Below, in pieces: positions 25,000 to 37,345 of a DNA stretch of 64,000 bases. The stretch lies in the NCBI GenBank assembly GCA_008632985.1, contig QPGO01000016.1:530840-594839 (forward strand). Direction: 5' to 3'. The position numbers and the translations under genes are program-made. Numbering within the stretch: position 1 is the stretch's first letter; every line of letters begins with the position of its first letter. Under the pieces are notes generated by a model. The model searched no databases, had not been told where the DNA came from, and was given only the letters and a program-made list of their open reading frames with translations. Source of the DNA: Psammoneis japonica (taxonomy: Eukaryota).

Positions 25000-26030
25000 T
25001 CCTTTGTTGGATGTTGATTTGATTGGATGATGATGGGTGGGGCATGATGTTCAATGTTGTCTTCGCATCCAGGCCCTTGCGGCTCCAGCCCACACACCAT
25101 CACATTTCACATTGACCTTTGTGGCTTTGAGCTGAATGTGTTTTGCATTTGAACTGTGGAAAGCAGGGGGGGTGTGCCAGCCGGCACTGGCACAGAAAAA
25201 TTGTGTGTTGTCATTGCAGACTCACTCTTGGGATCTTTGAAGTTTGTTCAGAGTTTGAGGTTGTGGAACAGAGCAGATGCCAGCAGCCAGCTGCAGCTTG
25301 GTTTGTTCTTGTGGGAGTGGCAGAGTTAAAAATGATCGAAGAAAGAGCTTGCAAGAGCCCAAAGATTGTTTGCATTGCCAGGAATGTCTCAGCTTCTAAC
25401 AAGCTCCCTCAACAACAAGGCAGTGGTGACTGTGACAACGACAGTGGGTGCTCTGAAGCCCATTTTCCCAACCCGAGAGGCAACGTGGTTGTTAAACCAA
25501 GTGCAGATTCAAAGAGCCCATTGAGAATGAAGGGGAAGAGCTGAAGGAGGCATCACAGAAGCAGCTGCAGCAGTGGAGGAGCAGAAGGGTGGTGAATGCA
25601 GGTGATGCAGGGCGTTTGGCGAAGAGGGGGGATGAGCAGTGCAAAGAGAGAAAGCCAAATGAAGGGCATGCATGGAGAGATGATGAACAGTTTGGGCCAA
25701 GTGTTTGAATGGCCCATCTGGAGGGAAGGTGGTGTGATGCGTGCTGCTGGGGTGGTCACTGGAGAGACTGTTCCAGGCGAAATCAGCAGAAAGAGGATCG
25801 AGAGGGCAGACGGAGATGCCAAGGTGCAGAGCAGCACCAGAGGCAGGCAGTGCAGGAGGCAGCAGAGTACCAGGTCAGAAGAAGAGGACCAGGGAGGCTT
25901 GGGCTGTGAGCAGGCGGAGGAGAGCGAAGAGCCAAAGAGAAAGCAGTGGCCAAAGAAGCCGTCCCGTTCTGTCACTCCCGCCGTCAGTCGAGCTCTCCTG
26001 CGCCAACTTCAATTTCAGAGCTCGCATCGT
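25000..26030. other. TpA/CpG-depleted degenerate insert of unknown origin
   Basis: Nearly no TA across ~1 kb between two normal genes. Confidence 0.75.
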
Positions 26031-26166
26031 GGAGCCATACAGTGTACAGTAGAGAAAAATCCAAAATCTCGAAAAATCGCAACACCCACAACCAACACGT
26101 TGGGAGCTGTTGTTCTTGCAATCAACATACATTCAGTACACTCCACAACAAGCCTCTTTCTCAATC

Positions 26167-27641
26167 ATGCCGTTGCAAAAATTCAATGCGGTCCACATGA
26201 TACTGACAAAGCGTGAGAATGCTCGTCCTCACACTCTCGAAGAAATTCAATGGTGGATCGAAGCGTATACATCGCACGCCATACCCGAATACCAAATGTC
26301 GGCGTGGCTCATGGCTGTGTGTTGGCGTGGCATGACCTCGGAAGAAACCTCGTTACTGACTCGTTTTATGGTACAATCAGGAACCGTTTTAGAATGGCCC
26401 ATAATGTCCACAACAACAACATTTCGTTGGTGGACAAACACAGCACGGGTGGAGTGGGTGACAAGATTTCGATTGTGTTGGCTCCGCTCGTGGCTGCCTG
26501 TGGCGGCGGAGTGCGTGTCCCCATGATGGCGGGACGTGGATTGGATCATACGGGTGGGACACTCGATAAGTTGGAATCCATTCCAGGATATCAAGTCAAT
26601 CTAGACATACCACAGTTTCAAGCGATTGTTCAACAAGTCGGATGTTCGATTGTATCCACCACGAACAATGTTGTTCCTGCGGATAAGCAATTGTATGCAC
26701 TGAGAGACGTGACGGGGACTGTATCTTCGATTCCTTTGCAAACCGCCAGTATTATATCCAAAAAGATTGCGGAAGGACCCCACTCGTTGGTGTTGGATAC
26801 AAATACGGCAAGGCTGCGTTTCAATCGACGCGAGAAGAAGCTTTGGAATTGGCACAATCCATGATTAGCACTGCGGAATCCAATGGCGTCAAACCAACCA
26901 CGGCGTTTTGACTCGCATGGACCATCCTATTGGGTATAGTGTTGGCAATTGGTTGGAAATTCGAGAATGCTTGAGCATTTTACGAACGGGTCGGGGTGCA
27001 CCCGAATTGATTCAATTGATTGTTGTGCAAGCGGCACAAATGCTCATGCAAACGAACAAGTATGCCAGTTTTGATGCAGCCGTCGACAAGGTCTTGGCGA
27101 CACTCAAGAGTGGAATGGGCTTTGTCAAGTTTCGCAGCATGGTGGAAGCTCACGGTGGCGATGTGTCTGTTTTGGATCATCCAGAGTCGTACCCAAAGGC
27201 GAAGCATCAAGTGAGTGTTGCGATATTTTGTTTGTTGATTTTTGCATTGACTGTAGTTTGTGTAGCTCACTTGCAACATCTCTTTTTTTGTTGGTCCAGC
27301 TCGATGTACTGGCCAGTCAAGATGGATACATTGCCGACATTGATGCATTGGTGATTGGCCGGGTGGCGGTAGACCTGGGTGCAGGACGGCACGTGGCACA
27401 CGAAGCGGTCGAACCTCGTGCTGGCATTTGGTTCTCCAAGCGTGTGGCGGACGCAGTCAAGAAGGGCCAAGTCGTGGCGACACTGTACACGAGTATTCAA
27501 GAGGGACTCGAGGATGCGAGTAAAACAGTGGAGGATGCCATTGTCTACTCGGCAGATCCTGTTCAGCCACCGAGTATTATTTCACACAAGGTTACGAGCG
27601 AGGGTGTTTTTGAATTCGAAATGCCGACGCAGTTGTTGTAA
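26167..27641 (+). CDS. pdp: Pyrimidine-nucleoside/thymidine phosphorylase; intron 27211-27299; apparent frameshifts near 26400 and 26800
   Basis: [73 protein letters not shown]. Confidence 0.92.
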
Positions 27642-28237
27642 CATTATAGAATTTTGAAGGAGAAAGTTGACAACGACCGGAGTTGTTAGAGGCGAGTTTT
27701 GCTGTTTTTCTCGAACCGGCGGAAGCTACCTTAGAGAGACTATCACAGACCTATTTTCTAAATGATATGACTCTAGAATCCTCTTTACTTCATCATCCCT
27801 GCTTTCTATACTGTAGGGTTATTGAATGATCGAATTCAAAAGCAATCATGTCGAGCGCTGTTCGCGCTTTTGAGAGAAATGCTTCATGTAGCCGTCCGAT
27901 TCTTGGCTCTCTTGTCTATACGATATTTTTCGCTGCCCCCGCAATAGCAAAGAATATCTCGGGGGTGAGCACAAAGGAAGAGAACACATTTTTTTGTTCA
28001 AAGAGCAGTGTGCGTCTCTTTTGATTCCTAAGCTTTCCTATCAAGATTTGAACAAATAAGCAGACCAAAATGCAATCAGGTAGCCATGGTCCATGAAAGT
28101 CGTATCTCTAGACTATTTATAAAGCGGTATAAGCATGATTATATCGAAACAAGCTCTTCTGACAAAATCATTAAACGTACTTCATTGAATCATTCATTAT
28201 TCATCTTGTGTGCTCAAGCGCGGGGTACTTGCTTGAA

Positions 28238-28519
28238 TCATGATGCGTTCCACAAGTCCTTGTTTGGAGCATCTCGGTTTCTTGGATGTTCTGGAGTTGG
28301 AGCGGATGGTCGTTCACGATGCATCTTGATGTCGTCGTCTGGAGAAGGGGTTGTGGATTGAAAGAAGATTGCCATCAATTCCTCATCCCGGTCGTCGTCC
28401 AAATCATTGCCATTTTGCTTTTGTTGAGCACTTTTGCTGGACGGGGACTTGGTAGCTTGAGGAGTATGCTGTGTGGTTGACTTGTCATTTCTATTCTTCT
28501 CGGACGATGAGCCCTTCAT
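28238..28519 (-). CDS. Possible small hydrophilic protein
   Basis: ORF MKGSSSEK... with protein-like low-complexity composition; no motif recognised. Confidence 0.3.
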   Translation of the reverse strand: MKGSSSEKNRNDKSTTQHTPQATKSPSSKSAQQKQNGNDLDDDRDEELMAIFFQSTTPSPDDDIKMHRERPSAPTPEHPRNRDAPNKDLWNAS

Positions 28520-29087
28520 GGTGAAAACAAGAAGAATCAAGAGGTCTTGGACTGAAAGTGTTGTTGCCAAGTCGTGGCGGTGGTGATCTTGCGAAATCCA
28601 ACAGCAACATCATTGATTTGTACTACATGCGCAGGTTGTGTGTTGCGAGTAGTGACGCCTTGCTCTTGTAGCTGATTCGACGAATGGGATTCGCATCGTA
28701 TCATACGTACTAACTACATCTTGGCTTGCGTGTTTTGCATATCATGAATAAACGCCTTTTGCATCCACGATAACAACATGACGTGACGGTGTTCGGTGTT
28801 GTTTTTGCATTTTGTGAGGGCTCGATCGCCAATCGAAATGAAAAAATGCATACCTACACGTCTGTAAATAGCTATACCAGTACAAATCTTGCGTTCAAAC
28901 CAACGTAGGAAGCAAAGATTTCGCGCCATTTTTCCTCGTACAAATCATACGATATGTCTGCGTATGTACAATATGTATTGACTTCTACTGAACCACACAT
29001 CACGCGATTCGCGCGGGATGCTTCGTGCGGCGAGCGTCGTCGAAGCGCGCACTCCAAAAATTTGTTTTCATCGCCGTCGCTGCCACC

Positions 29088-30485
29088 ATGGGAATCAAAG
29101 GCCTTGCCAAGTTGCTTTCGGATGAAGCTCCCAACGTAAGTGTTATAAGTCAAAAGTTGATTGTTTGTCGAATTGTAAGGCGAAATCGAAAGCATAACTC
29201 ACTCAAACACACTTTCCTGACGAACTCTTTTATTCGATTTTTGCCTGTTGTTCAGTGCATCCGCGAAGTCCCTCTAAGTTCCTTACACGGCCGCAAGGTT
29301 GCGATTGATGCATCCATGGCGATTTATCAATTTCTGATTGCCGTTCGAAGCAACGGTGGTGGCAACAATCCCGCCATGATGTTGACCAACGCCGAGGGCG
29401 AAACCACAAGTCATATACAGGGATTGTTTAATCGAACCATTCGATTTCTCACCGAAGGCATCAAGCCCGTCTATGTCTTTGACGGCAAGCCTCCCCAATT
29501 CAAGTCGGGTGAATTGCGCAAGCGGCGTGAAAAACGAGAAAAGGCAGAAGCGGCTTTGAAAGCGGCGAAAGAAGAGGGCAATACAGAAGAGGAAGAACGA
29601 CAGTCGAAACGATTGGTTCGTGCCGGTCAAAAGGAAAACGAGGATTGCATGAAACTGTTGCAATTAATGGGCATTCCCATTGTCAAGGCCCCGTGTGAAG
29701 CCGAAGCACAAGCGTCCGCCATGTGCAAGGCGGGATTGGTCTATGCCACGGGAACCGAAGACATGGACGCTCTCACCTTTGCGACTCCCATTTTGCTTCG
29801 CAAAATGACCTTTGCCAATGCCTCCAAGAGCATGATTCAAACCATGAATTATGAAAAGGCCATGGAAGAGTTGGAACTGACGCATGCGCAATTTGTCGAT
29901 TTGTGTATTCTGTTGGGTTGTGATTACTGTGATACCATTCGTGGTGTTGGTCCCAAGACAGCCCTCAAGTTGATTCGGCAGCATTCCGACATTGAAACTA
30001 TTCTGAAACACTTGGATCGCAACAAGTATGGTATTCCGGAGAATTGGATTCCAGGAGAAACTGCCAAGAAGGAGGAGGAAGAGTATGATACAGACGAGGA
30101 AGAAAACAAGAACGAAAATGACGCTGCAACCAAACCCGAAGAGGACGACGATACACCCATTCCGGCCTATGTCCAAGCCCGCCGTCTCTTTTTGCAACAC
30201 GACGTGATTACGGACGATTTGAATCTCAAGTGGGAACCCTGTCAGGCGGAGGCGCTCACCAAGTATCTCGTGGACGATATGGGATTCAACGCGGACCGAG
30301 TCAAGAGCAACATCGAAAAGCTAAACAAGGCTCACAAGGCCATTTCCAAGCCTCAAGCTCGCATGGACAGTTTCTTTGCGGTCAAGAAGCCAGCGGCGTC
30401 GACCAAGCGGCCTGGTGCCAAGTCTGCAAAAGCGGACAATAAGAAGAAAAAGACGACGGGGTATTTTGGAAAAAAGAAGCGCTAA
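29088..30485 (+). CDS. FEN1: Flap endonuclease 1; intron 29136-29255
   Basis: MGIKGLAKLL, AIDASMAIYQF, VFDGKPP, EAEAQ, TEDMD, LGCDY, GVGPKTA, PIP box QARMDSFF. Confidence 0.97.
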   Translation: MGIKGLAKLLSDEAPNVSVISQKLIVCRIVRRNRKHNSLKHTFLTNSFIRFLPVVQCIREVPLSSLHGRKVAIDASMAIYQFLIAVRSNGGGNNPAMMLTNAEGETTSHIQGLFNRTIRFLTEGIKPVYVFDGKPPQFKSGELRKRREKREKAEAALKAAKEEGNTEEEERQSKRLVRAGQKENEDCMKLLQLMGIPIVKAPCEAEAQASAMCKAGLVYATGTEDMDALTFATPILLRKMTFANASKSMIQTMNYEKAMEELELTHAQFVDLCILLGCDYCDTIRGVGPKTALKLIRQHSDIETILKHLDRNKYGIPENWIPGETAKKEEEEYDTDEEENKNENDAATKPEEDDDTPIPAYVQARRLFLQHDVITDDLNLKWEPCQAEALTKYLVDDMGFNADRVKSNIEKLNKAHKAISKPQARMDSFFAVKKPAASTKRPGAKSAKADNKKKKTTGYFGKKKR

Positions 30486-30984
30486 GAAAGATACCTAGTA
30501 GACATATATGTGGGGCAGTGGTATGTAATGGTGTAGTTTTGTCTATTTGCAGCATATGTTTCATATTACGAAGGGACGCTCATGATTTCCTGGTAATAAA
30601 CTGATGCCTATAAGGTTTGCGTCGATAAGCTTCTGCGGTTTGTTCTCGGTGCGCGATGCGGATGGCGAACTCGATTGGCTATTCAAAGGCTCGTTTACAT
30701 CATAATACTTCTACCTGTATCTATCTGTTCTAGCGGCAGGATCGCAAGGTGAAGGTTTCAAAATATGGGATTGCTCCCTTTGTAGAATACTATTTCGTGT
30801 TTGCATGATAAGGTCTTTCTCCTTTGCAGTTCATGTTTGTCGTCTCGCGCAAGATCTTTCGGTAGAATAAGTATGTTGTTGAGTTTGGGGTAATGCAATG
30901 AGATTACCTGTCTCTATTCAAAGGCTATCTTAGCACACCATCTAACGTAGAGGCAGTTTGAAAGACAAGGATTTCAAACCAGCA

Positions 30985-33900
30985 GGTAACATGCTCAAGC
31001 AGCACAACAAAAAGTGTTTAGAGCAGCTGCCCTGCTTGCACCGGCAACATTGCCAACAATCATCCACGTGAGATTTGCCAGTCCACAAAATGGTGCCCCA
31101 CTCAGTGGAATGACAAGGCACTGGCTTGCTTCAACAATTTCAAGCATGAAGTCATGCCAAGTTGTTTCTGTGAGGCTGGCTGAGCACTTCAAAACATCAC
31201 GTTTCTGGCAAAACAAAGTGGTGTTGCCATCTTGAAAGAGGGATCAACCACGAGCAAACAACTTGCTTGTCCCAGCTTGCAGAGACAAGTGTTGCTTGCT
31301 TTCCCACACTGTGACATGTTTGCTGGGTTTGACACAAGCAACCCTCAGTGCCACCTTCTGCTGCTGTCACAAGCTTCAGCTTCACATTCACCTGCTCATG
31401 AGCTGCCATCTGGGTTCCCTTGGTGCCACCTTCAGCTGCTGTCATCAGCTTCAGCTTCACGTTCACCTCACAATGAGCTGCCATCTGGGTTGTTGAGATT
31501 TGTGCAGAGCTGCTTCTGGGAGTTGGCGGAGCCAACACAACACTTTCTCTGCGCATGTGGGTGCAGGTGTGTCTGTTTGTTGCTTGGTTGCTGCAAACCA
31601 ACTTGCTCCATTTTTGCTCCAAAAATGCACAAGACTGTGCCATGTTTGCCAGACCATCAATTTTTTCTAGAGATTGTTCACAATGTTGCCCCTCACCATG
31701 TCTGTTGTTGCTCCCTGCTTGACATCAGCATTGAAAGCACATGAGCTGTCATGAAAAATGTCAGGCTCTTTAAACAGCTGGCGCTTCTCACTCATGAGGT
31801 TTTCCAGGTCTTGTTTTTGTGTGCCTGTGCAATGAGCTCACCCACCCAAGTCCTGATCTGCAAGACAAACAGCTTTCCCTTTTCCTGCAAAGAAAAACAC
31901 CTTGGTTTTCACTGCAGAAAAATGAGCTTGTGTCCCCCACATTTTGCAGGAGTGCTTTTTTTTGCTCCTTTGCCCTTCAAGACCTTGTTGCGTGCACTGC
32001 ATGAATCCTTTGTGCTCCCCTGATTGTCAGCATTCAATGTTGAAAGAGTTGGGCTGCTCATCAGCAGCATTGGACCAAACATGGCAAATGCCATGAAGCC
32101 TTTGAAGATGAACAGTCATCTTTTTCAACCGGGTTGCTCTGCTTGTTTCTAGAGTTGACCATGCTGACAATTCCTTTGAGCTTGTGTGTTTGTGCATGTT
32201 TTTTTTTAACATGCAATCTGTCACATCATCATTTTTCTGCTCAGATCCTGAACTCTCAGGACTTTGGGGAAATGGAGCTGTGTCTTCCCAAATGGCCAGC
32301 TTGATTGTGGCAATTGCCTCCAGGCATTGTTCACAGGAGTCTGACCTGCAAAATGGCAGCAAGATCAACAATGCAGTGCATTTTTGAGAATCAACTTTTT
32401 GCCAGCCAGATTTGTTTGACTCATTCCCACATTGGTCATTTTCAAGTGGTTCTCTGTCAAAGAACTGACCACACACGGAGGCTGTGGCATTCCACAAACA
32501 AAGACACTTGTTGCTTGCAATGCCACACTCCTTTCTGGATTGCTGCTGCAAAGGTCTCTCAGGTGGCATCCTTGTTGTTTTCACAATTGCAGCAGCCACC
32601 CTGAAAAACATTTTCTTTGTGCAAAACACTGCCGCCAAGCAACAAATCTCTGGCACAGTGCTTTGGTGGTTGGCAGAAGACACGCTGTTTGTTGTTGTTG
32701 CCATCAAATCAGTGCTGCCAACATGTTTTGACTTGCAGCACACAGCCGCACACTGCACAAGAACACTGAAAGCCAGTTGTCATTTTGGTGCTGTTGTGTC
32801 AGAAAGAGACCCCCAAGTTTGTGCTCATCAGTGCACCCACCAACAAATTCTTTTTGGCAACTTGCAAATTCTGTGATCTGCTTGAGTGACACTGCCAGTT
32901 TTGCATTTTGGCAATGGCCATGTCTTGCAGACAAAAAAGAAGCCCAGCTCATGATGCACTGTTGTTGATTTTGCAGTGTGGCAAATGGCTGACATCAGCC
33001 TGGCATGGGGAAGAAAGTGGTGCCTGCAATGGCTTGGGGAGAACAACTCGGTTTTGGCTTTTGCAGGTGTGCTTTGAGGACTCAGCGCATTGTGCAGCTG
33101 TCTGCTCTGTTTGACTGTGGCACCTCTCTCATGTGGACATTGTGCGCAGCTTTGTTGAGTGGTTAAATTCAAAATAAGAACACGCCAACAAGGTTGCCAA
33201 TCAGAGACAAATGAGCACAAAAAGGAAGAAAGGGCAGACAGAGACATGCACAACAACTCCGCAGGTTGTGGAAAAAACTCTCTTTTGAAAGTGAAAATGA
33301 CAGCACCTGCACGACAGTGCCAAAAAGCATTTGGATTTTTCAAATGGTCAACTTCTAAATGGCCAAAACTCTGCAGTCCCCACTTCCCTCTCCAGCCTTG
33401 CCCCCAACTGGCTCACTCTGCAGCAGAGAGCTCCACACAACAATGAATGTGGTGTTTTGCAGATTTGACAAATCCATGTTCAAAGCAGGTTAAAAGCAAA
33501 TGCCAAATGTGAAACTTTGTTCAGCAAGCCCTTGGAAATTCTTTACAACAGTTTAAAAAATCATGTGGCAGGCTGTCTGTGCCTTGTGGACAAGCCAGCT
33601 CAACTCTAATCTGAGTCACCTGCACTGCAAGGGCACCAAAAAAATCTCTTGGTTGAGCCCCCTGGCTTGAACTCAACCATTTTCACACAGATTGTGACCT
33701 TCAGTTTGAGCTCACCTCACCTTTTGCAAGCAGTGTGTGTTGCACGTGCCACAGCAAAAGAAACAAGCAATTGATTGTCTGTCATTTTCATGCAATGTCT
33801 CATGTGCTGATCTCATGATGCATTTTGCAGCAACAGCACCACTCCTTGTCCTCCTTGTGTCTGCCTTGTCAGCAGCTCAACATGAAGTTGACCCAGCTTG

Positions 33901-34700
33901 AAGGGGGCTCATCAATGAGATGATCAATTTTCTGCACTTTGGTCTGTCCTGCTCTTTGGTTCTGGGCTTGCTTCATGTTGACAGCATGCAATCTTGATCA
34001 AGACAACATTGCCTTGTGTTTGATCCCAACGTGGCAGCTGGCATGTGCAACAAGGCTGCTGACACTGCTTTGAGCAAATGATCAGCAAGCTTTCTGATCC
34101 TCCCCAAGATCTTCCCTGAGTTGGAGTTGACAACACACCCGCTGTTGCCAGCATGTGAGAGCTCAAAGAATGTGGGGATGAAGAGCCTCCAGATGTGACC
34201 CAAGCATGTTCGCTGCTTCCCCTCTCTCAGGTGGTCACTCAAATGCTCATCCTGACTGCAGCCATTGTTGGCGGGTCCATGTGATGTGACACTCACATGT
34301 GTGCAACTGGAGAATGATGTCACTCAAATCGCGGCATTTGTGGCTGCCACAAACAACGTGGAAGGTGGAGCCAAGCATTGTCAGTGCGGTGTGACTGGTT
34401 GCCAAGTGGCTGTCAACATGAGTCCAGTCTCAACCATGCAGTTCTCTTCTTTCCCATGTGCAGAACCAAGTGATGCTGAGTGGGGCGTTCTTTGCTGATC
34501 TCCAATCCATGTCAGCAGGGTGCCTTTTGATGTCACGGGCTTGAGCCAAAGAAGTTGCCAAAGGCTGGCTGGTGCGATGGGCTGAAACAAGATCCAATCA
34601 GTTGACGGGCAGCTTCTTGCTTTGCCTCAATGCAGGGGGGGAATCACCGAATCAAGGACTTGCCCTCGAACTTGGCGCCAAGAATGATTCAGTTAAAGCA
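30985..34700. other. TpA/CpG-depleted degenerate block (probable decayed TE or gene remnants)
   Basis: Very few TA or CG; ~70-bp internal direct repeat at ~31348-31490; ORFs are Tyr-free and Cys/His-rich. Confidence 0.75.
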
Positions 34701-34959
34701 CCCAATTGAAAAACGGATCACCCCAGAGCAAAGATGAGGACACACAAACAATTCTCGCAAGCATCATTGTGCCCGCGCGGCGAAAAGCAAAAAGCTTCCA
34801 CAAGCGCGGGAATGAACTAACAGGAGAGATGAGAGTGACACCCCATCAATTCCCGGACTGTTCACGATTCGCCATTTCGAGTTGGTCAAGGATATCATCT
34901 CTTTTGCTACTCTCTTTGCTTTCTGTCCGTCTGCAGCAGTGTGAGAACAACCAGTGCTC

Positions 34960-35331
34960 ATGTCGAAAGAAGTTTTTGTTCGCACCAAACCTCACGTGAA
35001 CGTTAGAGGAGGACCAGACATTCTTAATGGCGCAAGTTTTCGTCTGTCCAAAAAGCTAGATGTCAAAACTTCGCTGACCGCACACCGCCCCTTTCAGGGC
35101 AGTCACACATGGACCGATTATAACCTTCACGATCCGGGACGCAGGTCGCTTGCAGAGGAAAATGGTGGCGTGTCTCTCCTTGCTCGCCTCTCTGACAATA
35201 GCGGCAAGGAAACTTTGCTACGGTTTGATCTCACCGGATGCATAGCGATAGAATACGAGCTTACCGTCAATCAAATGGGTGATGCGATTGAAAATCTTCA
35301 CTTTCATTGTGATCCTCTTCCTTTAAACTGA
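34960..35331 (+). CDS. 123-aa protein: EF-Tu-like N-terminal peptide plus putative tail-tube/Hcp-like domain
   Basis: MSKEVFVRTKPHVNV matches EF-Tu MSKEKFERTKPHVNV at 13 of 15 positions; C-terminal LSDNSGKETLLRFDLTGC..EY...AIENLHF pattern. Confidence 0.6.
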   Translation: MSKEVFVRTKPHVNVRGGPDILNGASFRLSKKLDVKTSLTAHRPFQGSHTWTDYNLHDPGRRSLAEENGGVSLLARLSDNSGKETLLRFDLTGCIAIEYELTVNQMGDAIENLHFHCDPLPLN

Positions 35332-35582
35332 GAATCAAGGGGCAAATGGTTGATACCATGAAATGCATTGCGGTGTTAGGGTCGTCTACCTTTTCTACAA
35401 TCCATAATTGAATTTTACGAGTTTCGGCAGTCATCTGTTGCACGATCTAATGTGATCGACTCGAGACAAATATACCGGTAGTATAGCTCTACTTTTACTA
35501 AGCGATTCGTTTTCCGTATACCGGTATGATCTCGCAGGTTTGCTTGCAACGATATCTTACCTTCTTATTATACTGCCCCGAC

Positions 35583-36893
35583 TCACACATCCGTACCGTT
35601 GCCCCGAACAAACTCTTCTTCGTCCGCAAAGGATGCGGCTGGAAGAACATCAAAGAGACTACGCTCCGTGGTTGCCTTTCCAAGGCACGGACACAACCGA
35701 TTATCGCTCCTCCATCTTGAAGCCTCCTTTCCTTCTGTGATGATTTCCTTAAAGTTACGCATCGCATTGTCGGCGGCAACTCGAGGCTTTGGGAGATGAA
35801 ACGGCCAAAGCCAATGATGAATGATTTCAGAAGTCAATTCATCGTAAGCAGTAGCGTGGAATCGCATAAAATCCTTTTTAAAGAACTGCTTCCTTGGCTG
35901 TCCAGTAGGAGGACGAAGGATCAACACCATGCGATCCTGCACTGTTGAGAATGCAGAATCGATACGAAGGGGGACGGTTGATGTGCATCCGTCAAGTGCT
36001 TGGCCAAACTTCTCGCTAATGGTAGTCACATAATCTGTTGGTACGTCTTCTGTAGACGACATGGTCAACAGAATATCTTCTGCAAGTCGTTTCAATGCTA
36101 TCGATGTAGCTTCATGAAGAGCAGACCGACTGCCCATATCGAGCTGTTTGGCTAGCGCTTGCCAAAAGACAGCCACAAGAGCCACGACGCCGACTGTTAT
36201 GGAAAAGTACACTCTCGTGTCATCGCTAAGATCCAGTCCAGACTCGGCCACCAGCGCAAGAACTCCAGCTGCAAGGGTTAATGCAATCGCTGGGAAAAAA
36301 AGGATCCAGTTGTTCACAGCTCGTAGGTTCTGACTCGCCAGCTTGTGCATTTGTCGCTCCTGTTCAATACTTATGAAAAGGTTCTCGAGGACACTTGTAG
36401 GGTCTCGAGTGCAGGGCATGGTGTGCACTGCGAATCGCTGCTGTCGAGTTGGCCTGCGTGAAGTAGTAGAGACGCTGTGAACAGATCGCCTTGCAGCTGA
36501 AAAGGTATCCGTCACATTACTCTGAAGCTCGCTTTGAATGGTCGAACCATCTTCGTCAACCGGAACGGATTTCGCTTTGTCTTCCGTGTTGGCATTGTCG
36601 GTACTCGCCTGTGCCTTCTCGTTCTTTCCTTTTTCGCTCTCTTCCCCACTACTGAATGATTGACTGTATAATTTATCCTTGTATGAGCTCATTTTCGCGG
36701 AGGGTTGACTCGTGCTTGCCACACGCGACGACGTTTCGGGCATTTTCATTTCATTTGCATTCCTCTTGTTGCGACTGTCGTCAGAACTGCTAAAGGATAA
36801 CGAGGCTTCAGCTGTAGTCTCTTCCTGGATATCTTCCTCGATACCAAAAGCTCCAACGCGAAAGGAAGGAAAGGCACCAGTCTCTTGAGACAT
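35583..36893 (-). CDS. SLATT-like 2TM domain protein with long disordered N-terminus
   Basis: H..AS......WILFFPAIALT...TM2...QLDMGSRSALHEATS pattern typical of SLATT. Confidence 0.65.
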   Translation of the reverse strand: MSQETGAFPSFRVGAFGIEEDIQEETTAEASLSFSSSDDSRNKRNANEMKMPETSSRVASTSQPSAKMSSYKDKLYSQSFSSGEESEKGKNEKAQASTDNANTEDKAKSVPVDEDGSTIQSELQSNVTDTFSAARRSVHSVSTTSRRPTRQQRFAVHTMPCTRDPTSVLENLFISIEQERQMHKLASQNLRAVNNWILFFPAIALTLAAGVLALVAESGLDLSDDTRVYFSITVGVVALVAVFWQALAKQLDMGSRSALHEATSIALKRLAEDILLTMSSTEDVPTDYVTTISEKFGQALDGCTSTVPLRIDSAFSTVQDRMVLILRPPTGQPRKQFFKKDFMRFHATAYDELTSEIIHHWLWPFHLPKPRVAADNAMRNFKEIITEGKEASRWRSDNRLCPCLGKATTERSLFDVLPAASFADEEEFVRGNGTDV

Positions 36894-37345
36894 GTTCCTT
36901 GACAAGTGAGAGTCAATGTCAAGAAGTGAGAGTGAGGCAGGCGAAAAGGTGAGAGTCAAAAGTGGATTGCTGTTTTTGACGGATCTTCGTCCCTGTAAAA
37001 ATAATCTTTGATGGAGGGATATTGAGTCCCGCTAGATATGATACGCGACCTATAACCTTACGAACATTAATTTTTATCAAATTTCTAGAGTATTAATATA
37101 TTTTAGTATCAGATTTGGTCTACAAATATTTCCGTTGAACTCCAATTTTTGCGCGGGAAAAACACACTTTGACCCGACACCGGACAAGCAACGGTCGGTC
37201 GATTGAAACTAACCGACCTTCTTGACCTCCTACAACTCCCTACCATCCTATACATTATCTCAAACGCCGTCCCTACAAGAAGTCAGCTGGCGCTACAAGG
37301 TCTTGTCGACACGAAGGGAAAAGGGATGATTCTTTCGTTTTTAAA

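Noticed and set aside
25355..25390. PKIVCIARN resembling the sulfotransferase KIVYIARN motif
   Set aside because: Too short; the following PKD and other motifs are absent
34960..35331. Calling the ORF tufA/EF-Tu
   Set aside because: Similarity stops after 15 residues; no GTPase motifs
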